From the human T2T-CHM13v2.0 reference genome, Homo sapiens, in assembly GCF_009914755.1 (NCBI RefSeq), contig NC_060926.1: a stretch of DNA of 64,000 nucleotides. One strand, 5' to 3'. The position numbers and the translations under genes were made by a program. The notes under the pieces were generated by a model. That model worked only from the letters and a program-made list of their open reading frames with translations, was not told the DNA's origin and made no database searches. This document shows, piece by piece, positions 15,860 through 32,225 of this stretch. Positions within the stretch are counted from its first letter, which is position 1. The number at the start of each line of letters is the position of its first letter.

Positions 15860-17901
15860 CTATTAATACTTTTTTATGCCAGAAATGTGTCTTTGATCTG
15901 GTGATGATTCCACCCTAGAAATCCTCATTTGCCATAAACAAATAGGCCCCTTAGGATATTAAGGATTTTCTGGCACTTCTCATTAGACAAAGCTCATGCC
16001 AGGGTTATGGGATATGGAGGAGAGAAAGCCTTTGGACACAGACAGAAATCATTTTAGATTCTGTTCTGCTACTTACTAGCTGCACAAGTACATGATATTT
16101 ATTCTAAAACTGTTTCCACAACTATAAAGCACAGACAATATCTTTTTCACTGAGTTATGGTGAGGACTAAATGAATAAAGTGTTGACAAATAATGGATGT
16201 TCAAATGTTAATTCCTTTCCACTGGAGTGTCTTTACTTAAATACCTGGGATTTAATAGGTAAGAAGATATGTATCTATTTAGTTAATACATAGTATTAAA
16301 TAAAATATTAAATCTATCATTGGCATTCTTTTAATTATCTTCACATTAAGCTCAAATATTACTTTAGATAGGACTTAATATGTGCCCATGTCCTGCTTGA
16401 GATCACTTATTATAAGGTCTTTATAACATAGTTCTTCAAAACATGGATTTCTTTTGAAGTGTTTTAGTTACCATAAAATATATCTATTCTCTTACATCTT
16501 CAATCTATTTAATTAGATTAACTTCTGTATTATCATCATTACAATTGTATACATTAGTTTAGGACAACCACCAAGTTGATTTTGAACATATTTACTTCAA
16601 AAACTTTGCAGTGCACTTTTCTCCCAGCAAAATGCAATAAGGAAAATGTTCAAATAGAAAAATATATACTAACCTACATAGAGGCCAGGGTAAAGAACAT
16701 GAAAAAAAAAATAAAGCACTTACTTGTGTTGTACTTTGATCTTCCATTTGTCCATTCTTTAGATAAAATACTTACTCCCTTTTGGACTTGAAAACAAGCC
16801 TCCTTATAAGGAAAAAAAGTCATTTAACTTTTAAAGTGTGACTAAGTGTAGCCAGTTCAGACTTGTGCTAATTCTGTATGTGTTGTCACAAGGTTCTTCT
16901 AACTTTTCAACTCTATTCTTGAATTGCTGTCCTATAAAAGAAAAATTTCCCGATAGCAAAGATTTTTCTGGAAGGTGGATCAAGAGGAAGACAACATTAT
17001 AAAAAGAAGGAGCAATACTTAACTGACATCATAGAGTTTGAAGTATCATTTGAGAGAGAAAAGTAAAACTCAGTGATCTTTTGTCTTGGCTGAAAGGAAT
17101 TGTGGACTAAATTTATTTTTAATCACAATAAATATTAATATTAGACTAGATAAGTTGTGTATCTATTTTCCTCTGTTCTATTAAAGTTTTAAATTTCTAT
17201 ATCAACAGTCTTAATGCAAACGTGACTTTTATTTTAACCTTCCTTAGAATGTGGGGAAAAAATACATAATAATAGTCAGCAGACAGAGATAAGGAAACCG
17301 AATGATGATATAAAAAGATTTGTTTTCAAAACTTCAGTAAAAACAAATTATAAGAACAAACCCTAAGCTGTTCACAGTGGGTACTTCTGAGGATTCAGGG
17401 AGTGGGATGGGAGAAGTGGACGTTCATTCTTTAAAATTTGGTGCTTTTTTCTTTTTCAAAACAGGAGTGCACCATCTTTATGATTCTGGCAACTTGAAAG
17501 CTTTTTAATTTTTTTTAAACATCATTATCCTATAGCCCAATAGTGCAAACACATGGACTAAAGGAACTATGTGGTAGAATTCGTACTTACATCAGTATGG
17601 CAAGTAATAAACACATAGATCATTTGACCTAAAGGAACCTCCAATAAAGGATGCCTAATAGCGTAATACTCTTTACCACAAATGTCTGCCCAGTTCTTTC
17701 TTGTTCTCCTTACTTTGCAGTTCTTGTCCATTCATTCTGCTCTCTTCCTACACTTAGTAGCTTTAATTAAATTCTATCTCCTTGCTCACAAACAATCCCC
17801 TGAGAGAAAAGCTTTTAAAATGGCATGTATTTTGTTTGGCTAGCAAAGTATTTTTAGCACTTTCAAATAAGTTGTCAATATTTAAGAATTTGGAGATCCC
17901 A

Positions 17902-18320
<419 letters not shown>

Positions 18321-19943
18321 TTAACCTGGGTGTACCCTATTACCACTCCAGTAGGACTGCCAAGGCCATGTGTCATTTAGCATGCCTCTTGTACTGTCTT
18401 TTGTCTTATGGGAAACAGTAAAGTAATTTCTTATTTACACTTTTATTTTCTTAAAGGGTAGGGAAAAAGGAAAAAAAAAAAATCAAGCCAGATTTTCCAA
18501 AAAAGGGGGATATTTCTTTATAGAAATGAAGATGATTTACCTATGTTTAATATGCAAACAAAGGGTGTGTATGCTGAAAGAACCAACTTAATAACTGTAA
18601 GAAGCCTGCAACAGAGAAAAGCAGGAAAAAAAATGTAATGAATTTGTTTTTAAGTGGGAACAAAATTAAATACTTCGGTAAAATGCAATTACATATAAAA
18701 CGAGTATTTTCCTATTTCAAATCTACTTCATTCATTTTAATGACCTAATTGGCTCTGCAGTTATTTGAGTTTGACCCCATATTTAGAAGCACCCCCATAA
18801 CACAGCCACACAGGTCACCTACCCCTGCCCTACTTCTGTGGTCTGAGGAAGTAAACAACAAAGGCTGTCCAGACCAGCAGTGATTCTTTTCCACTTCCTT
18901 CCTCTTCCTGCTCTGAGCAGTAGTCTGCAAAGGTAAGAGCAACAGCTGTAAAAATTCCTATTAACTCTTCAACTCCATGCTTCTTCTTCCTACACAGGGC
19001 CTCTCTCACTAGATGCACAGAATGGCAAAATGCCCATATTAAGAGCTGAGGCCTCCCCTTGCTAATGTGGTTCTGTTCATTTTTCAAGGTCATAGGCCTT
19101 CAGTTACAGCTGCAAACATTCAGGACAGATCTTCAATCCCAGCCTTGACCCCTGTGGGAGGGAGCAGAGAGCCAGTTCAAGACAGCAGCCAAACCTAACA
19201 GAGGCATCTAGTTTGCACAAACATCATGAACAGATCAGTAGCTGCAGGGCGATGCCAAATGCTCTCAAGTTCTCAATTTTAGGAGAAAGGAAAGGAGGCT
19301 CTGATCAACTATGTCTGAGTCCAGTCTGAATCCCTAGGACTGATAACAGTTTAGATCAAGTCCCCAATAAATGTTTCCTTTATGCAGAATGTGGCTCTAC
19401 TCTCTCTAGAGGCAGCAGACATCTCTCCTCAGCTCCCCGTCATTACTAAGGTCCAACCTCTAGTAAAAATGCTGCCTTGTCTTGTAGTTCACTAAGTAAT
19501 TCCACATGGCTTCTCTTATTTCATTCAACCAGGAAAGTTGAAAGGTAGGTAGGGTTGTTTTTACTATCATTTCCAATTTACAGAAGGGAAAATAGAAGTG
19601 AGAACTTAAAAGTGCTTAGTGTGACATATTCAAAGTCAAAGAAAGAGTGCTGGGCCTCATGTCTACTACACTTTTATCCAGTCCACCATAAACTAGAAAT
19701 ATGAACAGGGAGATAACACTAAAAATCATGACACTGTAGCCCTTTATAGAGAAAAACAAGTTACCCAAAACAGATGTTCTGTAACAAAAGCCTTGTTAAA
19801 TAATTGGGGAACAGAATTCAGGAAAAATTAAGATTTTCAAAATATTTTTATATAGAAATTTTTTACAAAGATTTTACAACATAGCAAATCATTATGTCAT
19901 ACTGTAGAAAGATGAAGCAAAGGATTAAACTCCAAGGATAAAG

Positions 19944-19984
19944 AAAGTGCTCATAGCAACGTATTGCAGTCTCCATGAAAGTGC
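19944..19984 (-). promoter_or_regulatory. Two miR-17/20/106 family seed matches (GCACTTT) in the distal 3'UTR
   Basis: AAAGTGC on the + strand at 19944-19950 and 19978-19984. Regulation of ferroportin by miR-20a is established. Confidence 0.75.
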
Positions 19985-20490
19985 ATATAAACGGTTAAGG
20001 CAAAGTACCATCTTGGTACAGACATGTTGCAAACTGACTTTTAAAACAATTTTTTAAAATATATACAAACTTTTTTTCTTCTATTCTTCTCAAAGGCATT
20101 TGAAAGGGATACTTTTATGAATATTCTTGCTGTAGAACAATGTAGAAATAACTTCTGGGTATAAAACAGTAAAAATAAAAATATTCTACCTGAGTGTGTT
20201 AAATCAAGTGATTTGTAAAACAAAACCTTCACAAGTGTGGGCTTTCTACATGTAACTTGCCAGGCTGAAGGCTTACACCCTCATGTTCTACAACACAGAT
20301 CACTAATGATGATAACATGAGTTAAATTGGGATTCTTGCCCTTCTGTGTGGCTTTTGGCTTCTAGGTTCTATGACCAAACTATTGACATATTTGAAGTCT
20401 GTATGCAGTCATTGTGTGATAAATCTACTTTACAGCTTTGCTTCTACCTGCAGCTTACATGATAACCATGCTGTGAAGTGCTACATATGC

Positions 20491-20498
20491 TTCATACA
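20491..20498 (-). promoter_or_regulatory. miR-485-3p 8mer seed match (TGTATGAA) in the 3'UTR
   Basis: TTCATACA on the + strand, with a weaker GTATGAA site at 20662-20668. miR-485-3p is a known ferroportin regulator. Confidence 0.65.
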
Positions 20499-21115
20499 AT
20501 ATGTTGCCCCATCTGATAATAAAAATACAAAGGTGCTCTTTAAGCTAAACCATAAACCTTATTAGAGAATTCTAGTTAAGTGTTTTGTTTTTCCACATAC
20601 ATGTAAATACCTTAAGATCAATAGGATCAATAAGGATAATATTAGTTATCAAAATTTAGTCTTCATACTTGAAGAATTTGTTTTTAAAAATAACTAAGAT
20701 GCAAAAAAATAAATTAGCTAGTCTTGAACAAGAGTGAGTTTTGCAGAAAACTGACATATCTGAATTCTAGTACAGATAAGAATCTGTCAAATGATAACTG
20801 AATTCACGTGACTAACCACTCTTTTACGTAAGATTGTATCTACTCATGAGAAATAGGGGAATTCAGTGTTATCATTATAGTCTCCGTATTTAAACTGAGT
20901 TTTTCTTTTCCAATTTTTTTTCCATGCCTCAACATAAGGGAAATTAATCAGTTAATTTCTGCTGACTTAGGTTTCCTAAACAGCTTTTAGTTCTCAAGGC
21001 ACAGCTGTGGTAAAAACAGAGCAAAACACCCAGCCATTTATTGGAATTCTGCAGTACAAAATAAGCACATGTGCTCTATATAATCTAGTAACAGGATAGC
21101 AACAGTTAAACTGTC

Positions 21116-21454
<339 letters not shown>

Positions 21455-22271
21455 TTAGATTTTAGTTTACAGGCATACATTTCAAATCACAGATAAAAAT
21501 CTGTTGACATATGCAAAATATACATTTTAGCCTGACTGTCTTTAAGTCACCTTAAATATACCATAGCCTTGCCTTAAGAATTATTTTTCATAAATAAATA
21601 TTGGGTTATTAGTGGCCTCAATAAATGATTTTTACAGTCATCAGACAAAAAGAAGTCTAATCTACAAACTTCTTAGTTCTGTTTTTCTGTGATTATTCAT
21701 ACTACAAAAACAAAACTTTGAAATCAGAGACATAATAAATCCTATTATAGTATAAGTACTAGTATTTTTTAAGTTTCAAATGACCTAATAAATGGTTATG
21801 GTTAAAGTGTAAGGAAACTTTAAACCATTGTTATATTACTGCTAGAGTTCTAAAGCCCAAACAATAAAGCTGTCTTGCCTGGAAATTAATATCTTCAATA
21901 AACTAATGAACTGTTTTGTATCACAAGATAAAAACAGTTTCATTTCAAGACTGAATTCAGAGATAATTCATCAGTACTCTATTAATTATTACTTAAATTT
22001 TGCTTTGTAAGAAGTCTTTATGTTTCCTTCCAGGGCTATAAAATCCATTTGTGTGGCAAACTATATAATAAATACATATTGGCTAGAGAAGACCTTTGAA
22101 GGATTTTTTTTATCACTTTCACATCTTCTTTTAAAGCCAAAAACATTACCTTTTTAGTGTTGTCCTATGGGAATATTTTCTAAACTACAGTTTTTTTGTT
22201 AAGGTTATTGCAATATCAAGACTCTACTAGATGGCAGTATAATTAATATAGCTAATATCTTTTATAAATTA

Positions 22272-22548
<277 letters not shown>

Positions 22549-22798
22549 TTAAGATATTCATTTAGAAAAAATTATTTTCAAGCCTGAACCATGTTTTAAG
22601 TATATGTATATAATAAAGTAAACAAATACAGGTTTTCAAACTATAAAATAAAAAACACAATAAATATAAAGTATAAATATGTAAAATAAAAATTTCGTAA
22701 GAGTGGATTTTGCTTAAATTAACATTTAGGGAACATTTCAGATCATTTATTAATGGATTCTCTGAACCTACATTACAAAAAGACACTTTAGTTCATTA

Positions 22799-23482
<684 letters not shown>

Positions 23483-23796
23483 TTATTTTGTTGGGGAGGA
23501 CATGTAGAAATAAAAGCCAATTATTAGTAGTACTTTTTTTCCTTCTATTCCCCTTCCCAATGGGTACCCTTGGTTAGACATTGTAATATGTATTTTCTTT
23601 TACTAATAATCTAAGAATTCCAGCCAAGGAATAATCATCAAGTGTCATTTTTATTAAATAAACAAAATACTATTGATCTATCCCTCTTTTTTTTCTCTCT
23701 CTCTCTTGCTCTTAGAAATTATACTCCCACCAAAGTAAACAGCAGGAAAACTCACCAGATAAAATATTAAAATTGTCTAAAAAAACACAGCGTATT

Positions 23797-24196
<400 letters not shown>

Positions 24197-24544
24197 TCAC
24201 TCCCTTCCACTGTCCTACAAATGACTACATAACTCCCTCCTCACAGAGTCCAAGGGATTCTCTCATTCTCTTTTTTTCCCCACATTTTTTCCCAGTCCTA
24301 TGACTTAGCTTTGCCCAGCTATCTCTCAAGTAAAATTGAACCTCTATAACTACTGCTCACATCAAGGAAGAGGGCTAGGGGACCCATTCTAACCCCACCA
24401 GATTCAACCCGGAGTTTTTCCCTAGATCCTCAAAAGCCTGCTCTTGCCTCGTCTACCAAAGCGATATATTTAACCTCATCTGGCCCCCACTGGTAATAAA
24501 ACCTGATACAAATTCAAAATAGTTTTGATCTTCACCAACATTTA

Positions 24545-24898
<354 letters not shown>

Positions 24899-25099
24899 TT
24901 ACACAATACAAAGCTGTAAACCAAGAGTATAGATTCCTAAAATGTGGTTTTCTAAAAGTACATTTGTAAGAAAGACATTTTGTTGGAAAAATATTTGTTG
25001 TTTGGGTCAAGTCCCACTAAATTTGCCTCAACAATGATAATCCCCTTGGAATTGCATAAATCAGTCTAATAGCTTTTTAAAATGAATACAGCAGTGACT

Positions 25100-26600
25100 C
25101 TACATTCATTTTTTTCAACAAATATATCTTAAATGCCTATTATAAGCTAGTCATTATTCTCAACAATTCTTAACACTATAAAGAAGAAAAGTAACATTCT
25201 TCCCTGTCTTCACAGAGTTTATATTCTCACAGGAAAGAAAAGGCAATAAATCAACAAGCATATGTGTGTGTGTGTGTGCGTGTGTGTGTGTGTGTATACA
25301 CACACAAACACTGCATATGTCAGATGTTTATTAAATACTATGGTGAAAAGTAATGAAGCAAAAGGGCAGAGAGTGCCCAGGGGAATGTTCTAAATAAGGC
25401 GAGGTCAGAGGACTCACTGAAAAAAAGAGCATCACAGCAACGAGAAGCACTGAAAAGAAACACTAGCTTGGTCACAAGAGAGATTCTGGAGACCTCAAAA
25501 AAAGGAGAACGATAAGGGCAATGCCTGAATAAAGCTGATTTAAGAGACTGGTGCCAACCCCAGGGGACACCATTTGTATTTTCAGTGAGTCATACCCTGG
25601 AGCACAATGTGAATGCTTCCCATGGCCTTATGGAAAGCAAGGTACTGCCCAAAAAATGGAATTGGAAATAGACAAGTCTTTTGGATATGTTTTGACAAAA
25701 AGAAGAACAAAGAAATAGAGTAGCAGAGAAGGAAGTGTGCTAAAGATAGGGATTTTTAAGAGGAGCAAAATTAGAGCAGGATTATGTGCTGCCTGGAATG
25801 ATACAGTAGATAAGGGATGTAATCTGAATCTACCGCATAACTGAAGGAGTTGCTCTTAGACAGGAACACAATTCATCAATAGTAACAAGAGTAGAGACCA
25901 CATATATGGCTTCAGGTACAGGTAGGAAGAGAGACATGATGGTGGAATCACATGGAAGCTTTCTTCTCATTTATTCCATTTTCTCAGCAAAATACAAAGC
26001 CAGGTCATTGACGAAAGTGAGGATGGGGGAGGAGGACTTGAACATGTGATGAGAGAGGAGAAACAACTGTGAATGGTCCTCTAGGAAAGTGGAGAAGGAA
26101 AGAATCAGAGAAAATAGTGTGATTATCTGGAAGCATGAAAGGACCAACTCTGTGGCCCTGAACCTCAAGTGAGAATGCTGAGCAAGTTCGTGCATTTTTT
26201 TCCAGCCATGCTCTACTGTGGAAAGTTGGATTTAACCAAAGTCTTACCAAACAAAAGTGACAAAACGAGAGGGGGCCAACTGAGCTGAGGGTATATGCCA
26301 AGAGATGATCATATAATCATGACTGGCCTTGAATTTTAAGCTGGGTAAGAAAGAGACAAGAGAGAGATCATGGACAGTGAAAAGGCAGTGGAATGAATGG
26401 TTTGTAGGTGCCAACCACATGGATTGTTGAGGCTGTGGTAGTGAAGAAGTTGGTGGAAAGACAGAAGGTGATTTCTCAAAATATGGATGCCTAAGACTGA
26501 GATTATGGGAGGAGAGAATTTAGTGGTGATAACAAAGTCTAGAGTTTGACTACGGGAATGTATTCCTGAGTCAGAGTGCAGGACAAAATCAATAAAGAGG
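25100..26600 (+). mobile_element. Decayed L2 fragments in intron 5, including a (TG)n tract at about 25264-25295
   Basis: CATTCATT...CAACAAATAT...AATGCCTATTAT L2 3'-end pattern followed by purine-rich L2-like sequence. Boundaries are approximate and the element orientation may be opposite. Confidence 0.5.
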
Positions 26601-27444
26601 AAGTTAAAAAAATGTCCAACACAAAGAAATGATACATGTTTGAGATGATGGAGATGTATCTCCATCTCATCTCATCACAACATCACTATGTACTCCATAA
26701 TAAGCACAATTATGTGTCAGTATAAAAAATTAATTAAAATAAAATAAAACCAAAAGTTTTAGGACAAAAAGAAAGTGAAGAAAGTGATGTACTTTTTCAC
26801 TTCCTGTCTCACAGAACAGAGTGAAAATTAGTGAGACAAGTCTTAAGCAATCATTTGGGTCACCTTAACAGAAAAACAATACGTGACGAAGAAGTACATT
26901 AACAGAAGATTGCCTTTATTCCTTCTGTAATTCTTCCTGGTCCTCAATTGCTTTCCAATTAGCCCTATGAGTATATATTGCATATATGATAACAGGAGAA
27001 CTTTGACATATTTCACCTTTCACTTGAGAGGCAAAGGCAGCCTTCATTGATCTTACACTTGACTGCCACCGCAGAGGTTTCACTACCATCTGCCTCCCAC
27101 TAACTAATAAGTTTCCAACTCATATGCCAACAGAGAAGTGTGGAATTTATCCAAATAACTCAATAATTGGAATCCAAAAAGCAAGTAACTAAAGAAAACA
27201 TATATTTGAATCTTAAAGTCCCAGAATGACAACAACAAATTATTTTAGTTAAAATTATTTCTTACCCTTTCACTACTTCAGTTTTTAAGAGCTCACGGAG
27301 CTTCCCAATGTCACCAATTTCCATCTTTTATATTATACTTAGAAAGTTAATAATATGTAGGTGTCAGTAGAAATGTTGTATTAAAAAACAGCTTTTATTT
27401 TTCTGATGCAGAATGGATAATTAAAAAAAAAAAAAAAAGACTTA

Positions 27445-27741
<297 letters not shown>

Positions 27742-29179
27742 TTAATCATCTTACTGGTAGCAGGCTAGAAAAGAATCAGTCTTATGAATATGCAAATATA
27801 CGCTCTTTACCAATTTATATTTAGTCTTACATAAGCACACAAATATGTGTTGATTTGATTCCAATTTAACTGTTCTCAGCTACAGCTGTGGCACAGAACA
27901 TGACATTAAATAACTACTTCTATTATAATGGGTATATTACATCCATAGAAGAAAAATTCTTTTAAATTTCCTAGCAGTTTTGTCTACTTCATATATGAAA
28001 TCGATTTTTAATCAATACCACACGAACACAAAATTTATCTGCCATACTTGATCAAGCTAACTGGCAGATTATTTTTTAGCATGATGGGCAAGAAAAATCT
28101 CAGAAGATACTAATAAAGAGTGATCCTCAAAAGAAATGGAGGAGGAAAAAAAGCAATAGATGGAGTTAAAAAGCCTGGGAAAAGGAAGTAAGATTCAAAC
28201 GTGGCACAAGAGAATGTTATCATAAAACACTGTACTAAATCAAGCACCTAGAAAGTACCTAAATTAGTTAACTGGTTAGCAGTATTCATGAGAAAAATAA
28301 AACACCTTTTCTGGAACTTTCCAAACTGGATAATGACTGCTGTATTTTGGCCTGATGCCACTGAAATTCTAAAACTTTTTAACCTTGGCAGGGAAAATTC
28401 CTCCTTTTCTTTTACCCTCAGTGATACAGCTTCTAGTTTTAAAACAATCTCTAAAATTAAGAAACACTGTGATGAGGAAATGGGAGCAATCAGCATCCAG
28501 CTCAAAACTTTTACTTTTCATGGGCATACCCCTCCCCTTTCACCCTCTAAACATATCACAAACAGGTGAAGCCTTCCTGGCCTAGGCCCCTACCTGGGTT
28601 TCTTTGCCACAACCTCAAAAATCAGCCTGCATAAACACAAATCCTTCCTGCCTGGAGTAGGTGGGTCTGTGTATAAGAGACACAACCTCATAGGAACCCA
28701 AGGCAGCAGGTGGAGTCCCTTCTAGATGTACTTTCCCCCTTCTTTGTCCCATTTTTCCTTTATCCTCCTCCTTTTTCTCTGTTCTCCTTTAACTCTGCAA
28801 TAGCAGAAATGGCACAAAAAATCCACAATTAGATACTTTCTGACCTTCAGAACTAAAGAAGTTTCTGTTTCCTGTTTTGAAACATGCAGAAAGTTTTCCT
28901 TCACTAGTCCACCAGCCCACACTGCTGGCTGGATGTGAAAGAGCACCACTTACTAAAAGCTAATGTAGAGTGGACAAGAGTTCAACAAACATCTCACTTC
29001 CTTTCCTACTTGAAAAACATCAGAAAGTTAGAAAAAGACTGAATAGCCTAGATTCTTCCACTCTGCAATAATTCATAATATAAAGACAGACAGCTGAGAA
29101 ACGACCAGTCATATTTTTGTTGTTATTCTTGGACATCACTTCATAGAAAAATCCCAGAGTTATGTGGCATGTTTGCAGT

Positions 29180-29377
29180 TATATTTATATGATGTGTGTA
29201 TATATATGTATGTATATATATATACACCTATATATGTATGTATATATATATACACACCTATATATGTATGTATATATATATACACACCTATATATGTATG
29301 TATATATATACACATCTATATATATGTATGTGTGTATATATATATGTGTATATATATGTGTGTGTGTATATATATAT
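29180..29377. repeat. Complex (TA)/(TG)/(CA) VNTR with a 30-bp unit x3
   Basis: TA(T/C)ACACCTATATATGTATGTATATATATA repeated at 29221, 29251 and 29281. Confidence 0.9.
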
Positions 29378-30891
29378 CTTAGGACAAGTTAAAGATTCTG
29401 GCTAACTTTCTTTTTCATATTTCAGACTTTGCAGAGTCAAATGAGTTAGTTAAAATCAGTTAAGTGAAAGAAAATAATTTTATTTTCATTTTATCTATAG
29501 CTGCTGCACAAATCACAGAATAATCATTGTAAAAGTCAACTTTCTTCTCTAAGTATATTCCAACAAATATATGTGTGATCTATTGTCAAAATATATCCTT
29601 TTGTACCCTTTGAATTTTAAAACATGGATATATTTTACATGCTTTAAGTAGTTTGTTAAAAAGAGAAAGTAAACAAAAAAAGACAAAGCCTTATCATCTA
29701 GTTCAATGTGACAAAAAAGACATGAAATTATTCCTCATTATAAATGATCACAGGAAGAAAAGTAAATGAGAATCATGATTTTAGCTCCAGAGAGAATTTC
29801 CTGTGATACAGATTCACACATGCTAAATTCATCTTACATACACACCATCCTTTAAATCAATCACTGTGGAATTTCTAACTCAATAATAATACTGCAACCA
29901 CAAAGTGATGATTCAGGCAAATTCTTCTTCTAGACCTTCCACAGACTTTGTTCTCCTTCACTCACCCCTCCTTTCTAACTTTTTTTTTAACCAAATGGTC
30001 CAAACAAAGCTGCTTGCTAACCCCAGCACATAATCTTGCCTTCTGTATCCTGGGATATGCCATTTAAGTCATCAAGAATGGTTTACTTGTCTGTCAGGAC
30101 AGTTGGGCAATGTGTTTGTTATACCCATTATCTCAGTGATCAGCAGAGTTGACTCAGCTGATCTGACAGGTAGGGAGGTGTACCCTTCCTCCTTACACAG
30201 GGGAATTGTAATTCCAATTTGTGTCAATCCAAATTGTGTCTGTGTGTCATATGAGGGGACGGCAGGCAATAATGAGTGAGGGAGGTTATTCTGAGCCTAA
30301 GTAATATTGACAGAATAGGACATGTTGCCTTGTAAGCATTCTTCAGATGTTCTTTGACCACTTGTTTATATTCCCAATGAACAACTAAGATGGTAAGCTT
30401 CTTAAAAACTATATTCTGTCCTCTATTTCTTTGGTATTTGTAACAGCAATTATATTACATTGTACATAATGTAATAAAATTATAGATTATAACTTTAAGA
30501 TGGAAGAAATTAACTTCTAGAGTCTCTCCTACAATTGTTTCCATTTGATTTAGAGAAAAATAACATCCATATGATTGATAAGCACCAGTAATAACATTCA
30601 TAGGTATGACCAGTAAAATCTCATGTCAGATTTGCACTGTTCTAAGTATAAACATTTAGAAAGTTGATTGAATTTTTTTTTTAAAAAAAAAAAGAGGAAA
30701 GAAAAGTTATTCCATTTGCCAAGTTTGTGTAGGATAAAAGAGAAGTTAGCTATCCTATAAGTTAACTTCGTAACAGTGAGATAAATCAGCACTAAAACTG
30801 ACAATAAGGTAAGAAAAAAAGTATGCTTTCAATTTATCATTCTTAAAAAATACCCAGAACAAAAATACAAGGCTTACAGCCTCATTTATCA

Positions 30892-31077
<186 letters not shown>

Positions 31078-32069
31078 CTAAAGAATGACAAGAAAAAAAT
31101 GAGTTATAATGTCAGTTTACCACACTGTACATATGTCACTAAACAAGGCAGTTTAAAATAGTCTTTGGTGGAATGATAAAAAAAGTATTTTAATTTCATT
31201 TATAAGAAATCATTTTACGTTATAGATATGAAACTGAATGAATACCAGTAGTCAATGGGCATAATGTCCTAACCTGTATCATCTAGATCATCTGTAGTAC
31301 ACATAATACAAAAATTATAATAGTCAGGTGAATACAGTTATAAAATGTTAACACAGTGGTGGTTTTGAACATTTCTCCCACAAATATTGCCTTTGAAAAG
31401 AATGTTGAAGGGGAATTGAAAACACCTGTATTTAAGTCAGAGTTCTGACACCTTCTAGTTGCATGACAATGGGCAATCAACTAACGTTCACTTTGTCTTA
31501 ATTTTTTCAATAAAATGAAGGGAATAGGCTCAAAGATTTCTAAAGTCCTACCTGGCTTTGCAACTCTATAATATCAATCCACATATACACAAGAAGATTC
31601 AATATGACACCAGATGCATGGTTTATACCACACCCCATCCCTCTCCTCTTTTCCATCAAGCTCTTATGAAATCACAACATGAAAAGTTATCTGGTTGACA
31701 TTCCCAAACAGAAGTAACAATTATTATTGGAGGAACGCAATTATGACTGACTAATATAGATATGGATAACATTTATTAAATAGCACAAACAAAGTATAGG
31801 TCACTAAAAAGCTGAAAACAAACAACTGAATTCTATAGTAAACTCTTAGAAATGCCATTAGAAACCAATAGGACAAAATTTAAATTCAAACAATACTTAA
31901 TGAGTGCCTGTTGTGGGCAAAACAACAACAAAACAAACTATAGGGGATATTACAGTAGACACAGAAATCAATATTAAAAGGTCACACTGGCCAAAAAAAA
32001 AAATAGCTTCAAAGCATTTTCATCCTTTACCACTACCAGATATTCAATTTTCTGCCATCAAGAATCTCA

Positions 32070-32225
<156 letters not shown>

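Larger units (their letters stand above)
19829..21115 (-). other. SLC40A1: SLC40A1 3'UTR (about 1.3 kb; distal end approximate)
   Basis: Repeat-free AU-rich sequence after the stop codon. Variant poly(A) hexamer TATAAA at 19852-19847. The end position is inferred from this hexamer and the recalled mRNA length. Confidence 0.65.

Noticed and set aside
19829-21115. Possible second IRE in the 3'UTR
   Set aside because: CAGTGT-like hexamers seen there are on the non-coding strand or lack the stem and bulged C.
29162-29405. Y/I/V/M-rich ORFs in three frames
   Set aside because: Translations of the TA-rich VNTR.
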